This document shows positions 19,993 to 32,308 of a DNA stretch of 59,133 bases, piece after piece. Where the stretch lies: assembly GCA_045589295.1 (NCBI GenBank), contig JAZNOU010000014.1:1-59133 (forward strand). The letters run 5' to 3'. Origin of the DNA: Clostridia bacterium. GTDB taxonomy: Bacteria > Bacillota > Clostridia > RGIG6154. Each line of letters opens with the position of its first letter. Position 1 is the stretch's first letter. The notes under the pieces were generated by a model. It had not been told where the DNA came from. It made no database searches and saw nothing but the letters and a program-made list of their open reading frames with translations. The position numbers and the translations under genes were made by a program.

Positions 19993-20553
19993 ATGTTTAA
20001 ATCATCTTTTGCAGAAATGAAAAAAATCAAAACTATGGTCCTGTGCGGACTTATGATTGCATTAGGAGCTGCAATTGAGGCTCTCAATCCTTTAAATTTA
20101 GGCGAACTTTTGAAAATCAGACTCGATTTTGCAGCAACTGCAGTTATGGGAGTTGTGGCAGGTCCTGTTGCCGCACCTATTGCCGCAGCAGTGGGTGATG
20201 TGGTGAGGTATATTATCAAGCCTGCAGGTGGTGCATTTTTTCCTGGCTATACCGTGTCTGCTGCAGTTGGCGGGTTTATATATGGTATTTTATTTTACAA
20301 AAAGGGGAAAATGCTGATTAAGAGAAGTAAAGCTCTCGACATCCTGGTTAAAAGCTTTTTGGCAAAACTTTCAGTAAATCTTTTTGTAAATGTTACTTTA
20401 AATTCGATTTGGGTTTATATGACAACAGGGAAAGCTCTTGCGGTTTTAATGCCTGCACGAATATTAAAAAACGCGGTTGCACTTCCGTTTGAAGTTGTGA
20501 TTTTATTTGCAGTCATTTATTATGTTGATAAATATTTGAAAAAATATATTTAA
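19993..20553 (+). CDS. folT: Folate ECF transporter S component
   Basis: [23 protein letters not shown]; THF riboswitch upstream. Confidence 0.9.
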   Translation: MFKSSFAEMKKIKTMVLCGLMIALGAAIEALNPLNLGELLKIRLDFAATAVMGVVAGPVAAPIAAAVGDVVRYIIKPAGGAFFPGYTVSAAVGGFIYGILFYKKGKMLIKRSKALDILVKSFLAKLSVNLFVNVTLNSIWVYMTTGKALAVLMPARILKNAVALPFEVVILFAVIYYVDKYLKKYI

Positions 20554-20567
20554 GGAGTTGTTTTAAG

Positions 20568-22241
20568 GTGAGTTACAAAAGCGACATTGAAATTGCTCAG
20601 TCTGTTCAGATGAAGCATATCTCTGAGATTGCAAAAACTGCAGGAATTAAGGATGAGTATTTAGAGTATTACGGAAATCATAAGGCAAAAGTTGACCTTA
20701 AGATTTTGAAAGATACGGGAAGAAAAGATGGTAAGCTCATTTTGGTTACAGCGATAACTCCTACACCTGCGGGAGAAGGTAAAACAACAACAACAATTGG
20801 TCTTGCTGACGGACTTAGAAAAATCGGCAAAAACGTAATGGTAGCACTACGTGAGCCATCACTCGGTCCTGTTTTTGGTGTAAAAGGCGGTGCGGCAGGT
20901 GGCGGATATGCTCAGGTTGTTCCTATGGAAGACATTAATCTTCACTTTACAGGAGATTTTCACGCAATCGGTGCTGCAAACAATCTTTTAGCTGCAATGC
21001 TTGATAACCACATCTATCAGGGCAATACTTTAAACATTGATCCTAAAAGGATTACATGGAAAAGATGCGTTGATATGAACGACCGTCAGCTCCGTCATGT
21101 AATTGATGGTATCGGCGCTAAAGTTAACGGCGTTCCGCGTGAAGACGGATATGATATTACAGTTGCGTCAGAGATTATGGCAGTACTTTGTCTTTCATCA
21201 GATATTTTAGATCTTAAGAAAAGACTTTCAAATATTATTGTTGGTTACACTTATGAAGATAAGCCTGTTACTGCAGGCGACTTAAAGGCTGAAGGCGCTA
21301 TGACTGCACTGTTAAAAGATGCAATAAAGCCGAACCTTGTTCAGACATTAGAAGGTACTCCTGCTCTTGTTCATGGTGGACCTTTTGCAAACATTGCACA
21401 CGGATGCAACTCAGTGCTTGCTACAAAACTTGCTATGAAACTTGGCGATTATGCTATTACAGAAGCAGGCTTCGGCGCAGATCTTGGTGCTGAAAAATTC
21501 CTTGATATTAAGTGCAGATTGGCAGGTCTTAGACCCTCTGCTGTTGTAATTGTTGCAACAATAAGAGCACTTAAGATGCATGGCGGTCTTGCAAAAACCG
21601 ACCTCGGAAACGAAAACTTAGAAGCGCTTAAAGAAGGTATCCCGAATCTTTTAAAACACGTTTCAAACATCAAAGATGTTTACAAACTTCCGAGCGTTGT
21701 TGCTGTTAACAGATTCCCTACGGATACAGATAAGGAAGTTGAACTTATCATTGAGGAATGTAAAAAGCTCGGTGTTAACGTTGTTCTTTCAAACGTATGG
21801 GCAGAGGGCGGCAACGGCGGTGTTGAACTCGCTGAAGAAGTTGTAAAACTTTGTGAAGAGGAAAATAACTTTGAGTTTGCTTATACTGACGAGCTTTCTA
21901 TCAAAGAAAAAATTGAGGCGGTTGTTAAAAAGATTTATGGCGGTGACGGAGTTAACTTTACACCAAATGCTGAAACACAGATTAAGCAATTAGAAGAACT
22001 TGGATTTACAAAATGTCCTGTTTGTATCGCAAAAACTCAGTACAGTTTTTCAGACGATATGACAAAACTCGGTGCACCGACAGGCTTTAAGGTTACAGTA
22101 AGAAATATTAAAATTTCAGCAGGTGCGGGCTTTATCGTGGTGTTGACAGGTGATATTATGACAATGCCCGGACTTCCTAAAGTGCCTGCAGCTGAAAAAA
22201 TTGATGTTGATGAAAATGGCGTTATCAGTGGACTGTTTTAA
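20568..22241 (+). CDS. fhs: Formate-tetrahydrofolate ligase
   Basis: [36 protein letters not shown]. Confidence 0.98.
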   Translation: MSYKSDIEIAQSVQMKHISEIAKTAGIKDEYLEYYGNHKAKVDLKILKDTGRKDGKLILVTAITPTPAGEGKTTTTIGLADGLRKIGKNVMVALREPSLGPVFGVKGGAAGGGYAQVVPMEDINLHFTGDFHAIGAANNLLAAMLDNHIYQGNTLNIDPKRITWKRCVDMNDRQLRHVIDGIGAKVNGVPREDGYDITVASEIMAVLCLSSDILDLKKRLSNIIVGYTYEDKPVTAGDLKAEGAMTALLKDAIKPNLVQTLEGTPALVHGGPFANIAHGCNSVLATKLAMKLGDYAITEAGFGADLGAEKFLDIKCRLAGLRPSAVVIVATIRALKMHGGLAKTDLGNENLEALKEGIPNLLKHVSNIKDVYKLPSVVAVNRFPTDTDKEVELIIEECKKLGVNVVLSNVWAEGGNGGVELAEEVVKLCEEENNFEFAYTDELSIKEKIEAVVKKIYGGDGVNFTPNAETQIKQLEELGFTKCPVCIAKTQYSFSDDMTKLGAPTGFKVTVRNIKISAGAGFIVVLTGDIMTMPGLPKVPAAEKIDVDENGVISGLF

Positions 22242-22262
22242 GATTAAAAGAGATTAAATGCG

Positions 22263-22294
22263 AAAAACTGCACAAAATTTTGTGCAGTTTTTTT
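22263..22294 (+). terminator. Intrinsic terminator
   Basis: AAAAACTGCACAAAA-TTTTGTGCAGTTTTTTT. Confidence 0.8.
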
Positions 22295-22387
22295 GTCGAA
22301 TTTTTTCAAAATATTTCTTGCCAAATTGTGCAAAATATAGTAAAATTATTATGTAATATTTTTTTACAAAAAAGGAGAGGTTGAAAA

Positions 22388-23743
22388 ATGGAAAAATTGT
22401 TCAAACTTAAAGAACATGGCACAGATGTTAAGACCGAAATTATTGCAGGCATTACAACATTTTTGGCAATGGCTTACATCTTGGCAGTTAACCCTGGAAT
22501 GTTAGGTATTATTCCTGATGGCCCTGGTGCGGCTGCAATCTTTATGGCAACTGCACTTTCTGCTGCAATTGGTACAATCTGTATGGCGTTTTTTGCTAAC
22601 TATCCTGTAGCGCTTGCATCAGGTATGGGACTTAATGCGTTCTTTACTTACACAGTATGCTTAACAATGGGTTACTCATACAAAGTTGCTTTAACAGCTA
22701 TCTTGCTTGAAGGTGTAATCTTTATGGTTCTTTCACTCTTTAAGTTCAGAGAAGCTTTGGTTAACAAAATTCCTAAAAACTTAAAACTTGGTATTACAGC
22801 TGGTATCGGTTTGTTTATTACAATCATCGCACTTATAAACGCAGGCGTTGTTGTAAATAATGATTCTACATTGGTTGGTCTTGGAAACCTTGGTTCACCT
22901 CAGGTTGTTCTTGCAATTGTAGGCCTTATTATTATTGGTATCCTTCACCATTACAAAGTTAAGGGTGATATCTTGATTGGTATTTTGGCTACATGGGTGC
23001 TTGGTATTATTGCACAGGTGTGCGGTTGGTATCAGGTTAATGTAGAAGCTGGTGTTTATTCATTAATTCCTTCACTTTCATGGGATGCTATAAAAGCAAA
23101 CTTTTCAGCTCCTGCACTTTTCCAGTTTGATTTCGGATATATTGCTGAAAACTTTGCTGGTTTTGCAGTTGTATTGTTCACATTCCTTTATACAGATATT
23201 TTTGATACAGTTGGCACATTAATTGGTGTTGCTCAGAAAGGTAACCTTCTTGCAGAAGATGGTTCACTTCCAAGAGCAGGCGGAGCTTTAATGGCAGATG
23301 CAGTTGGTACTGTAGCAGGTGCATGTCTTGGTACTTCAACAGTTACAAGTTATGTTGAATCTTCAGCAGGCGTAGCAGCAGGCGGAAAAACTGGTCTTAC
23401 AGCTTTAACAACAGGTATTTTGTTCTTGATCGCTATCCCATTTGCTCCTATCTTCCTCGCAATTCCAAGCTTTGCTACAACACCAGCAATGCTCTTCGTT
23501 GGTCTTTTGATGCTTTCAGCAGTTACTCAGATGGACTTTGACGGTGACGTTGCAGATTCAATCGGTGGATTCTTAGCAATAGTTATGATGCCATTTGCAT
23601 ACTCAATCGCAACAGGTATTATGTTCGGTATGATTGCTTGGTTTGTTCTTAAAGTTTGCACAGGCAAAATCAAAGACATCAGCCCGATTATGTGGATATC
23701 AGTTGTACTCTTTGCAATTTATATTGCAACACAGGTTATGTAA
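22388..23743 (+). CDS. NCS2/AzgA-family purine permease
   Basis: AGITTFLAMAYI, GMGLNAFF, DIFDTVGT, YVESSAGV. Confidence 0.93.
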   Translation: MEKLFKLKEHGTDVKTEIIAGITTFLAMAYILAVNPGMLGIIPDGPGAAAIFMATALSAAIGTICMAFFANYPVALASGMGLNAFFTYTVCLTMGYSYKVALTAILLEGVIFMVLSLFKFREALVNKIPKNLKLGITAGIGLFITIIALINAGVVVNNDSTLVGLGNLGSPQVVLAIVGLIIIGILHHYKVKGDILIGILATWVLGIIAQVCGWYQVNVEAGVYSLIPSLSWDAIKANFSAPALFQFDFGYIAENFAGFAVVLFTFLYTDIFDTVGTLIGVAQKGNLLAEDGSLPRAGGALMADAVGTVAGACLGTSTVTSYVESSAGVAAGGKTGLTALTTGILFLIAIPFAPIFLAIPSFATTPAMLFVGLLMLSAVTQMDFDGDVADSIGGFLAIVMMPFAYSIATGIMFGMIAWFVLKVCTGKIKDISPIMWISVVLFAIYIATQVM

Positions 23744-23763
23744 TATATTACAAAATCATATCG

Positions 23764-23796
23764 TCTGCACAGCTTATAGGCTGTGCAGATTTTTTT
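23764..23796 (+). terminator. Intrinsic terminator
   Basis: TCTGCACAGC-ttatag-GCTGTGCAGA followed by T7. Confidence 0.85.
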
Positions 23797-23806
23797 GTAA
23801 AAAATG

Positions 23807-23835
23807 TTGACAAATATAAAAATTTATGGTAACAT
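23807..23835 (+). promoter_or_regulatory. Sigma-A promoter of rpoBC
   Basis: TTGACA-N17-TAACAT with extended TG. Confidence 0.65.
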
Positions 23836-24049
23836 ATATAATCTAATACTGTAAATTGGTGTTATATGCCCTGCAAAAGAGGAAAGTAATGGAATATTTA
23901 ATAAAAAATGCTAAGAAATCCTTGGCGCAGACGCAATTTTCATTCATATTTGGAACGAAAGTAAATTTTACTTTCATTTATGTTCAGGATGATTAATAAA
24001 CAGCATCAACTTTATTAAATGTAAAAATTTAAATGAGGTGATTGATTTT

Positions 24050-27000
24050 ATGATGCCACGCGAGACTAAACTCGGCAAGAATACCCGTATGAGTTATTCT
24101 AAAATCACAGAAGCATCACAGATGCCAAACCTTATCGAAGTCCAGAAAAACTCTTATGAGTGGTTTTTAACAGACGGACTTTTAGAGGTTTTGAAAGATG
24201 TTTCTCCGATTACGAACTTTTCTAGCCGCGATGATCAGGAAAGAAGCTGCAAATGGTTCTTATCTGACGAATTGTTTGGCAGTGTGTTCAACAAACCGCA
24301 AATCGATGATATGGCAGACAAGCTGGTTCTTGAGTTTATTGATTTCACCCTGGAAAAGGAAAACGCAAAATATACACTCGAAGAATGCAGAGAAAGAGAT
24401 GCAACTTATGCCGCACCTTTAAAGGTAAGAGTTAGACTTATCAATAAAGACACAGGCGAAGTAAAAGAACAGGAAATTTTTATGGGCGATTTCCCGCTTA
24501 TGACAGATCAGGGTACCTTTGTTTACAATGGTGCTGAACGTGTTATCGTAAGCCAGCTTGTAAAATCTCCTGGTATTTACTATGCTTCTTCTTTTGATAA
24601 AGCAGGCAACAAGCTCTTCACATCTACTGTTATCCCTAACAGAGGTGCATGGATAGAATATGAAACAGACCAGTACAATGTATTTTCTGTAAGAGTTGAC
24701 AGAACAAGAAAACTTCCTGTTACAGTTTTACTTAAAGCGTTTGGTCTTAATTCTGCTGATGAAATTGTCGAAATGTTCGGCGAAGAAGACATTCTTCTTA
24801 ATACATTAAGTAAAGATACTACAAAGGATACTAAGGAAGCTTTGGAAGAAATCTACAAAAGACTTCGTCCCGGCGAACCTGCAACATTAGAAGGTGCTGC
24901 AAAACTCGTAGGCTCCTTGTTCTTTGATGCAAAGAGATATGATTTAGCAAGAGTTGGACGTTATAAGTTCAACAAAAAACTTGCACTCATCGACAGAGTT
25001 TTGGGTAAAACTCTTATGGAAGACGTTGTAAGCCCTGTTACAGGAGAAATTTTGTTCTCTAAGGGTGATGTGCTTAACAAAGAAGCTTGCCTTGAACTTG
25101 AAAAGAATGCAGTAAACAGAGTTGTTTTAGATATTGACGGCGATGCTGTTATTGTATTTTCAAATGGCATGGTTAATGCTAAACATTTCCTTGATTTTGA
25201 CCCAGAAGAAATCGGAATTAACGAAAATGTTAGATTTGACCTTTTGACAAAGCTCATTGAAGATGCTAACGGCGATGAAGCTGAGCTTAAAACTTTATTG
25301 ATGGAAAATGCAGAAAATCTTATGCCAAAACACGTTATGGTAGAAGATGTTTTTGCATCTGTTAACTATGTTTTGAATATGCGTCACGGCATTGGCGAAA
25401 CAGATAATATCGACCACTTGGGCAACAGACGCTTGCGTGCAGTTGGTGAACTTTTGCAAAACCAGTTCAGACTTGGTTTTTCAAGAATGGAAAGAGTTGT
25501 AAGAGAAAGAATGACAATTCAGGATTTGGATGTTATCACTCCTCAGGCTCTTATCAATACAAGACCTGTTGTTGCCGCTGTTAAAGAATTTTTCGGTTCT
25601 TCACAGCTTTCACAGTTTATGGACCAGCCAAACCCACTTGCTGAGCTTACTCACAAGAGAAGACTTTCTGCATTAGGTCCTGGCGGTTTGTCAAGAGACC
25701 GTGCAAGCTTTGACGTTCGAGACGTACACTATTCTCACTACGGCAGAATGTGTCCTATTGAAACCCCTGAAGGTCCAAACATTGGTCTTATCAACTCACT
25801 TGCAACTTATGCAAGAATTAACAATTACGGATTTATTGAAGCACCTTACAGAGTAGTAAAAGATGGTGCTGTTACAGATGAAATTGTATATATCACAGCA
25901 GATGTTGAAGACGGCAAAATTATTGCTCAGGCAACAGAACCTTGCGATGAAAACGGCAAGTTTATTGCAAAAAAAGTTATCGCAAGAAAACAGGACGATA
26001 TGATTGAAGTTTCTCCTGACAGAATTGACTATATGGATGTATCTCCACGTCAGGTTGTATCTGTTGCTACAGCTATGATTCCGTTCCTTGAAAACGATGA
26101 CGCATCACGTGCACTTATGGGATCTAACATGCAGCGTCAGGCAGTTCCGCTCATTAAACCTGAATCACCTATTATCGGTACAGGTATGGAATACAGAGCA
26201 GCTATGGACTCAGGTGTTGTTGTAGTTGCTAAATCAGACTGCACAGTTTTAAAAGTTGCTGCAGATAAAGTTGTTGTAAGAGAAGAAGAAACAGGCGAAA
26301 TCAAAACTTATAACATTTTGAAGTTCACACGTTCTAACCAGGGCACTTGCATTAATCAGAGACCTGTTGTTAAAGAGGGTGACTTTGTTAAGAAAGGCGA
26401 ACTTATCGCTGATGGTCCTGCTACCGAAAACGGCGAAGTTGGTCTTGGCAAAAACGTTCTCATTGGCTTTATGACTTGGGAAGGTTACAACTACGAAGAT
26501 GCTATTTTGCTTAATGAAAACCTCGTAAAAGACGACGTTTTGACTTCAATTCATATAGAAGAATATGAAATTGATTCAAGAGATACAAAACTTGGACCTG
26601 AAGAAATTACAAGAGATATTCCAAACGTTGGTGACGATGCACTTCGCGACCTTGATGAAAGAGGTATTGTAAGAATAGGTGCAGAAGTTCACGCGGGCGA
26701 TATTTTGGTTGGTAAGGTTACACCAAAAGGTGAAACAGAACTTACTGCTGAAGAAAGACTCTTACGTGCAATCTTCGGCGAAAAGGCAAGAGAAGTAAGA
26801 GATACTTCACTTCGTGTTCCACACGGTGAATCAGGTATCATCGTTGACGTTAAAGTGTTTACAAGAGAAAACGGTGACGAACTTCAGCCTGGTGTAAATC
26901 AGGTTATCAGATGCTATATCGCACAGAAGAGAAAAATTTCTGTCGGCGATAAAATGGCAGGACGTCATGGTAACAAGGGTGTCGTTTCAAGAGTTTTACC

Positions 27001-27889
27001 TCAGGAAGATATGCCATTCTTACCAGATGGTACTCCGCTTCAGATTGTGCTCAATCCTTTGGGCGTTCCTTCACGTATGAACATCGGTCAGGTTTTAGAG
27101 GTTCACTTAGGATATGCTGCTAAAGCCCTTGGCTGGAAAGTTGCTACTCCTGTATTTGACGGTGCTCACGAAGAAGATATTAAAGAAGCATTAAAGCTTG
27201 CAAAACAGGTTGAAACCGATAAAGAAAACGGAACACCTGAGCTTTATGATGAAACAGGTAAAATTACACTTTATGACGGAAGAACAGGTCAGAAGTTTGA
27301 TAATCCTGTTACAGTTGGTTATATGTATATGTTAAAACTCCATCACCTTGTTGATGATAAAATCCATGCTCGTTCAACAGGTCCATACTCACTTGTTACT
27401 CAGCAGCCACTTGGTGGTAAAGCTCAGTTCGGTGGACAGAGATTTGGTGAAATGGAAGTTTGGGCTTTGGAAGCTTATGGTGCAGCATATACCTTGCAGG
27501 AAATATTGACAATCAAGTCGGACGATGTTACAGGACGTGTTAAGACTTACGAATCTATTGTTAAAGGTCTTAATGTTCCAAAACCGGGTGTTCCTGAGTC
27601 ATTCAAAGTATTAATCAAAGAATTGCAGAGCCTTTGCCTTGACGTTAAAGTTCTTGACAAAGACGATAATGAAATTGATTTGAGAGAATATGACGAAGAC
27701 ATTGAAGCGCCTGAAGCAACTCCTGAAATCTTGGCAGAAATCAGAAAGAGCGCTGAACGTGCCGAAGAAGAAGCTTTGGCAAATAGTGAGGGTGCAGATA
27801 GTGCCGATGATGATTTCGCTTATGAAGAAGAATTGGTTTACGATGGTGATATGGAAAACGTTGTAGACTTTGAAGATATCAACGGCTAA
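24050..27889 (+). CDS. rpoB: RNA polymerase beta subunit
   Basis: [32 protein letters not shown]; ATG 24050 follows a GAGGTG RBS. Confidence 0.99.
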   Translation: MMPRETKLGKNTRMSYSKITEASQMPNLIEVQKNSYEWFLTDGLLEVLKDVSPITNFSSRDDQERSCKWFLSDELFGSVFNKPQIDDMADKLVLEFIDFTLEKENAKYTLEECRERDATYAAPLKVRVRLINKDTGEVKEQEIFMGDFPLMTDQGTFVYNGAERVIVSQLVKSPGIYYASSFDKAGNKLFTSTVIPNRGAWIEYETDQYNVFSVRVDRTRKLPVTVLLKAFGLNSADEIVEMFGEEDILLNTLSKDTTKDTKEALEEIYKRLRPGEPATLEGAAKLVGSLFFDAKRYDLARVGRYKFNKKLALIDRVLGKTLMEDVVSPVTGEILFSKGDVLNKEACLELEKNAVNRVVLDIDGDAVIVFSNGMVNAKHFLDFDPEEIGINENVRFDLLTKLIEDANGDEAELKTLLMENAENLMPKHVMVEDVFASVNYVLNMRHGIGETDNIDHLGNRRLRAVGELLQNQFRLGFSRMERVVRERMTIQDLDVITPQALINTRPVVAAVKEFFGSSQLSQFMDQPNPLAELTHKRRLSALGPGGLSRDRASFDVRDVHYSHYGRMCPIETPEGPNIGLINSLATYARINNYGFIEAPYRVVKDGAVTDEIVYITADVEDGKIIAQATEPCDENGKFIAKKVIARKQDDMIEVSPDRIDYMDVSPRQVVSVATAMIPFLENDDASRALMGSNMQRQAVPLIKPESPIIGTGMEYRAAMDSGVVVVAKSDCTVLKVAADKVVVREEETGEIKTYNILKFTRSNQGTCINQRPVVKEGDFVKKGELIADGPATENGEVGLGKNVLIGFMTWEGYNYEDAILLNENLVKDDVLTSIHIEEYEIDSRDTKLGPEEITRDIPNVGDDALRDLDERGIVRIGAEVHAGDILVGKVTPKGETELTAEERLLRAIFGEKAREVRDTSLRVPHGESGIIVDVKVFTRENGDELQPGVNQVIRCYIAQKRKISVGDKMAGRHGNKGVVSRVLPQEDMPFLPDGTPLQIVLNPLGVPSRMNIGQVLEVHLGYAAKALGWKVATPVFDGAHEEDIKEALKLAKQVETDKENGTPELYDETGKITLYDGRTGQKFDNPVTVGYMYMLKLHHLVDDKIHARSTGPYSLVTQQPLGGKAQFGGQRFGEMEVWALEAYGAAYTLQEILTIKSDDVTGRVKTYESIVKGLNVPKPGVPESFKVLIKELQSLCLDVKVLDKDDNEIDLREYDEDIEAPEATPEILAEIRKSAERAEEEALANSEGADSADDDFAYEEELVYDGDMENVVDFEDING

Positions 27890-27945
27890 GGATAAGGATT
27901 GTTAATATTGCGGCATAATTTGCCGGCAGAAAGGACTGAAACTTT

Positions 27946-30900
27946 ATGGAAAATGAAAAAACTGTTTTGGCGGAAAAAGATAATTCCGGTAAATACGAGT
28001 TTAAGTCTATAAAAATTGGCTTGGCATCACCTGAGGCAGTCAGAAGCTGGTCTCGCGGTGAGGTTAAAAAGCCTGAAACTATAAACTACAGAACATTAAA
28101 GCCTGAAACAGGCGGTTTATACTGCGAAAGAATTTTCGGACCTATGAAGGACTGGGAATGTCATTGCGGTAAGTACAAAAGATTAAGATACAAGGGTATC
28201 GTGTGCGACAAGTGTGGCGTTGAAGTTACAAAAGCTAAGGTAAGACGTGAAAGAATGGGTCATATCGAGCTTGCTGCTCCTGTTTCTCACATTTGGTATT
28301 TCAGAGGTATTCCGTCAAGAATGGGATTAATTCTTGAAATGTCACCAAGAGATTTGGAAAAAGTACTTTATTTTGCAGCTTACGTTGTAACTGACCCGGG
28401 TAAAACCCCGCTTTACAAAAAACAGCTCTTAACTGACGCTGAGTACAGAGAAGCTTATGATAAGTATGGTAAAAAATTCAAAGCTGGTATGGGTGCAGAA
28501 GCAATCAAAGTTCTCCTTTCAGAACTTGATTTGGACGAAATTTCAGCTCAGCTTAAAGCAGAGCTTGAGGAAGTTTCAGGTCAGAGCCAGAAAAGAATTA
28601 AGCTTATTAAAAGACTTGATGTTGTAGAATCATTCAGACTTTCAGGAAACAAGCCTGAATGGATGATTATGGACGTTTTGCCTGTTATTCCGCCTGATTT
28701 AAGACCTATGGTACAGCTTGACGGTGGAAGATTTGCGACATCTGACTTAAACGACTTATATCGTCGTGTTATTAACAGAAATAATCGTTTGGCAAGACTT
28801 TTAGAACTCAAAGCTCCTGATATCATCGTGAGAAACGAAAAGAGAATGCTTCAGGAAGCTGTTGACGCGTTGATTAACAACGGAAAACGCGGAAGAACTG
28901 TTACAGGTCCTGGAAACCGTGCGCTTAAATCACTTTCAGATATGCTCAAAGGTAAACAGGGGCGTTTCAGACAGAACTTACTCGGTAAACGTGTTGACTA
29001 CTCAGGACGTTCAGTTATCGTTGTTGGTCCTGACCTTAAGATTTACCAGTGCGGTCTTCCTAAAGAAATGGCAATTGAGCTCTTTAAGCCTTTCGTTATG
29101 GAAAGACTTGTTAAAAATGGCTTGGCGCTTAACATTAAAAACGCAAAGAGAATGGTAGAAAGAGTACGCCCTGAAGTTTGGGAAGTATTAGAAGATGTTA
29201 TCAAAGAACATCCGGTGCTTTTAAACCGTGCTCCTACACTTCACAGACTTGGTATTCAGGCATTTGAACCTGTTTTGGTAGAAGGTAGAGCATTAAAACT
29301 TCATCCATTGGTATGTACAGCGTACAACGCTGACTTTGACGGGGACCAGATGGCTATCCATCTTCCGCTTTCAGCAGAGGCTCAGGCAGAAGCAAGATTC
29401 TTAATGCTTTCAGCCAATAACCTCTTAAAGCCTCAGGATGGTAAACCAGTTACTGTTCCTACACAGGATATGATTTTGGGTTCATATTACCTTACACTTG
29501 TTAAGGCGAAAGAGGTTAAAATCACAAATCCTGGCGATTCAGGACTTGAAGAAGGCCAGATTATTAATCTTATTTCAAATAACTTTGATGGTACACCTTC
29601 ACTTTATAAAATTAATGGTGCTTTAGAGGCAGAAGGCAAAACTCCTGCTTCATATACTGAAGAAGGCGTGTTTGGCGGTGAACCTGGCGAAGGCAAAGTG
29701 TTTATGACAAAAGACGAAGCACTCCTTGCTTACGAAAATGGTGCAGTTGGACTTCATGCACCTATCAAGGTTCTTTGCAAAGGCGAACTTGATGGCAAAG
29801 AATACTCAAAACTTGTTGATATGACAGTCGGAAGAATTATCTTTAACGACAACATTCCGCAGGATTTGGGATATGTTGACAGAAAAGACCCTGAGCAGAT
29901 GTTTGAACTTGAAATTACTGCACTTTTAAACGCAGTTAAGAGCAAACCTACAGATACCAAAGCTGCAGATAAGAAAGTTTTAAGCACAATTGCAGACAAG
30001 TGCATAAAAATTCACGGAACTGCAGAAGCTGCCGAAACTCTTGATAAAATCAAGGCAACAGGCTATAAATATTCAACTCAGGGTGCTATTACAATTTCTG
30101 TTTCTGATATTTTGGTGCTTGGTGAAAAAGAAACATTTATCGAAAAAACAGAAGAAGAAATTGATAAAATTACTAAGAAGTTCAGACGTGGTGTTATCGA
30201 CGACGAAGAACGCCATAACTTGATAGTAGACGCATGGATGAAAACTAACGACGAAATCGGTAAAGCAATCCTTAAAAATCTTGATAAGTACAATCCTATT
30301 TATATGATGGCTGATTCAGGAGCGAGAGGTAGCATTAACCAGATCAGACAGCTTTCAGGTATGCGTGGTGTCATGGGTAAAACAGACGGTGGTGCTATGG
30401 AAGTTCCGATTAAAGCTAACTTCCGTGAAGGTCTTACCGTGCTTGAGTTCTTCGCATCTTCTCACGGTACCAGAAAAGGTCTTGCAGATACAGCTCTTCG
30501 TACTGCTGACTCAGGTTACCTTACAAGAAGACTTGTTGACGTTGCACAGGATGTTATCGTTCGTGAGGACGATTGCGGAACAACAGAATATACTATTGTT
30601 TCAGAAATCAAAGACGGCAATGCTGTTTTGGAAAAACTCCACGACAGACTTGTTGGCAGAACATCATTTGAAGATGTAGTAAGTCCTGCAACAGGCGAAA
30701 TTATTGTTGGTAAGAATGAACTTATCAGTGATGATATTGCAACTAAGATTGTAGAAGCAGGAATTACGGAGGTTAAAGTTCGTTCAGTTCTTACATGCAA
30801 GTCAAAAATCGGTGTTTGCTCTAAGTGTTATGGTGCAAACCTTGCATCAGGAAAACCTGTTGATATCGGTGAAGCTGTTGGTATTATCGCAGCTCAGTCA

Positions 30901-31764
30901 ATCGGTGAACCTGGTACACAGCTTACAATGAGAACATTCCATACCGGTGGTGCGGCATCAGGCGACGATATTACACAGGGTCTCCCTCGTGTTACCGAGT
31001 TGTTTGAAGCAAGAAAACCAAAGGGTGTTGCAATTATATCTGAAATTTCAGGTAAAATTCATTTGGACGAAAGCAAAAAGCTTCGTGAAATCATTGTTCA
31101 GGGCGAAGATGAAGATAAAGTTTATCAGATTCCGTTTAACGCAAGAATTAAGGTTTCAGAAGGCGACGTTATTGAAAAGGGTGCTCCGCTTACAGATGGT
31201 TCGCTTGACCCGCATGATCTCTTGGATATTTTAGGTCCTGATGCAGTTCACGCTTATATCGTACGTGAAGTTCAAAAAGTTTATCGTATGACAGGTGTTG
31301 ATATCAGTGACAAGCATATCGAAGTTATTGTTCGTCAGATGATGAAGAAAGTAAGGATTGAAGAAGCTGGCGATACAAACTTCCTTATCGGCTCAATGGT
31401 TGATTACCTTGAGGTTGAAAGAGCAAATATCAAAATGGAAGAAGAAGGTAAACGCAAGGCGGTTTATGTTACAGAGCTTTTGGGTATTACAAAAGCATCT
31501 CTTGCAACAGATAGCTTCTTGTCTGCCGCATCATTCCAGGAAACAACAAGAGTGCTCACCGAAGCCGCTATCAAGGGTAAGGTTGACCCGCTTATCGGTC
31601 TTAAAGAAAACGTTATTATTGGTAAGCTTATCCCTGCAGGTACAGGTATTGCAAAATATCACAATGTTGATGTTGTACCGGTTGAGGATAAAAACACCAT
31701 TGAAGATCCAGAAGGCATTTTAACAAAAATGTTTGAAAATAACGAAGAAACAACTGAAGAATAA
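27946..31764 (+). CDS. rpoC: RNA polymerase beta' subunit
   Basis: Zn finger CHCGKY...[23 protein letters not shown]. Confidence 0.99.
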   Translation: MENEKTVLAEKDNSGKYEFKSIKIGLASPEAVRSWSRGEVKKPETINYRTLKPETGGLYCERIFGPMKDWECHCGKYKRLRYKGIVCDKCGVEVTKAKVRRERMGHIELAAPVSHIWYFRGIPSRMGLILEMSPRDLEKVLYFAAYVVTDPGKTPLYKKQLLTDAEYREAYDKYGKKFKAGMGAEAIKVLLSELDLDEISAQLKAELEEVSGQSQKRIKLIKRLDVVESFRLSGNKPEWMIMDVLPVIPPDLRPMVQLDGGRFATSDLNDLYRRVINRNNRLARLLELKAPDIIVRNEKRMLQEAVDALINNGKRGRTVTGPGNRALKSLSDMLKGKQGRFRQNLLGKRVDYSGRSVIVVGPDLKIYQCGLPKEMAIELFKPFVMERLVKNGLALNIKNAKRMVERVRPEVWEVLEDVIKEHPVLLNRAPTLHRLGIQAFEPVLVEGRALKLHPLVCTAYNADFDGDQMAIHLPLSAEAQAEARFLMLSANNLLKPQDGKPVTVPTQDMILGSYYLTLVKAKEVKITNPGDSGLEEGQIINLISNNFDGTPSLYKINGALEAEGKTPASYTEEGVFGGEPGEGKVFMTKDEALLAYENGAVGLHAPIKVLCKGELDGKEYSKLVDMTVGRIIFNDNIPQDLGYVDRKDPEQMFELEITALLNAVKSKPTDTKAADKKVLSTIADKCIKIHGTAEAAETLDKIKATGYKYSTQGAITISVSDILVLGEKETFIEKTEEEIDKITKKFRRGVIDDEERHNLIVDAWMKTNDEIGKAILKNLDKYNPIYMMADSGARGSINQIRQLSGMRGVMGKTDGGAMEVPIKANFREGLTVLEFFASSHGTRKGLADTALRTADSGYLTRRLVDVAQDVIVREDDCGTTEYTIVSEIKDGNAVLEKLHDRLVGRTSFEDVVSPATGEIIVGKNELISDDIATKIVEAGITEVKVRSVLTCKSKIGVCSKCYGANLASGKPVDIGEAVGIIAAQSIGEPGTQLTMRTFHTGGAASGDDITQGLPRVTELFEARKPKGVAIISEISGKIHLDESKKLREIIVQGEDEDKVYQIPFNARIKVSEGDVIEKGAPLTDGSLDPHDLLDILGPDAVHAYIVREVQKVYRMTGVDISDKHIEVIVRQMMKKVRIEEAGDTNFLIGSMVDYLEVERANIKMEEEGKRKAVYVTELLGITKASLATDSFLSAASFQETTRVLTEAAIKGKVDPLIGLKENVIIGKLIPAGTGIAKYHNVDVVPVEDKNTIEDPEGILTKMFENNEETTEE

Positions 31765-31766
31765 TT

Positions 31767-31800
31767 AAAAAACGGACGGGATTACCGTCCGTTTTTATTT
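31767..31800 (+). terminator. Intrinsic terminator after rpoC
   Basis: AAAAACGGACGG-gatta-CCGTCCGTTTTT. Confidence 0.85.
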
Positions 31801-31878
31801 AAAAACACAAAATATAGTTGCGTTTTTAAAATCACGCACAAATCCGCTTAAAATAATGAAAAAAATAATAAAAAATGC

Positions 31879-31908
31879 TTGACAAATCCAAAAAATTAGT
31901 GTTATAAT
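31879..31908 (+). promoter_or_regulatory. Sigma-A promoter of the str operon
   Basis: TTGACA-N18-TATAAT with extended TG. Confidence 0.8.
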
Positions 31909-32018
31909 GGTATCCGTGTGATAGTGGGTTAATGGGCGTACTATGCCCTGACGTAAAAACTGTCACAAAAGAATGGTTGCAGATTTTATCTGTTAAACGG
32001 AGGAAAAAACAACTAAAA

Positions 32019-32255
32019 ATGGTTACTCACTTAGGTGAGGTTTGCGTCGGGCTTAAGCAGTCTAAAAAGGCTGTTTCAAACGGCGAGGCTAAGAAAATTT
32101 ACCTGGCACACGATGCAGACCGTAATATCAAAGAACTTTTTGAAAAACTTTGCAAAAAGAAAAAAATTGAAATTGACATGCAGTATTCACTTGTAGAGCT
32201 CGGTGAGCTTTGCGAAATAGATGTAGGTGCAGCTGTTGTCACAGTTTTAGAGTAG
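32019..32255 (+). CDS. ybxF: L7Ae-family ribosome-associated protein (YbxF-like)
   Basis: VGLKQSKKA, IYLAHDAD, LGELCEIDVGAA; position upstream of rpsL; start moved to ATG 32019. Confidence 0.85.
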   Translation: MVTHLGEVCVGLKQSKKAVSNGEAKKIYLAHDADRNIKELFEKLCKKKKIEIDMQYSLVELGELCEIDVGAAVVTVLE

Positions 32256-32308
32256 GTATATCGCTTTTTTAAGCTTTATATAAAATTTATACGCATGGAG
32301 GTGAAAGA

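Noticed and set aside
22295-22387. Expected purine riboswitch before the NCS2 permease
   Set aside because: Only a promoter-like TTGCCA-N17-TAAAAT and a short leader are present; no aptamer core.
23878-24015. GAGGAAAGT resembles the RNase P CR-I motif
   Set aside because: Lacks the following CC and a proper P4 partner; the span is far too short for rnpB.
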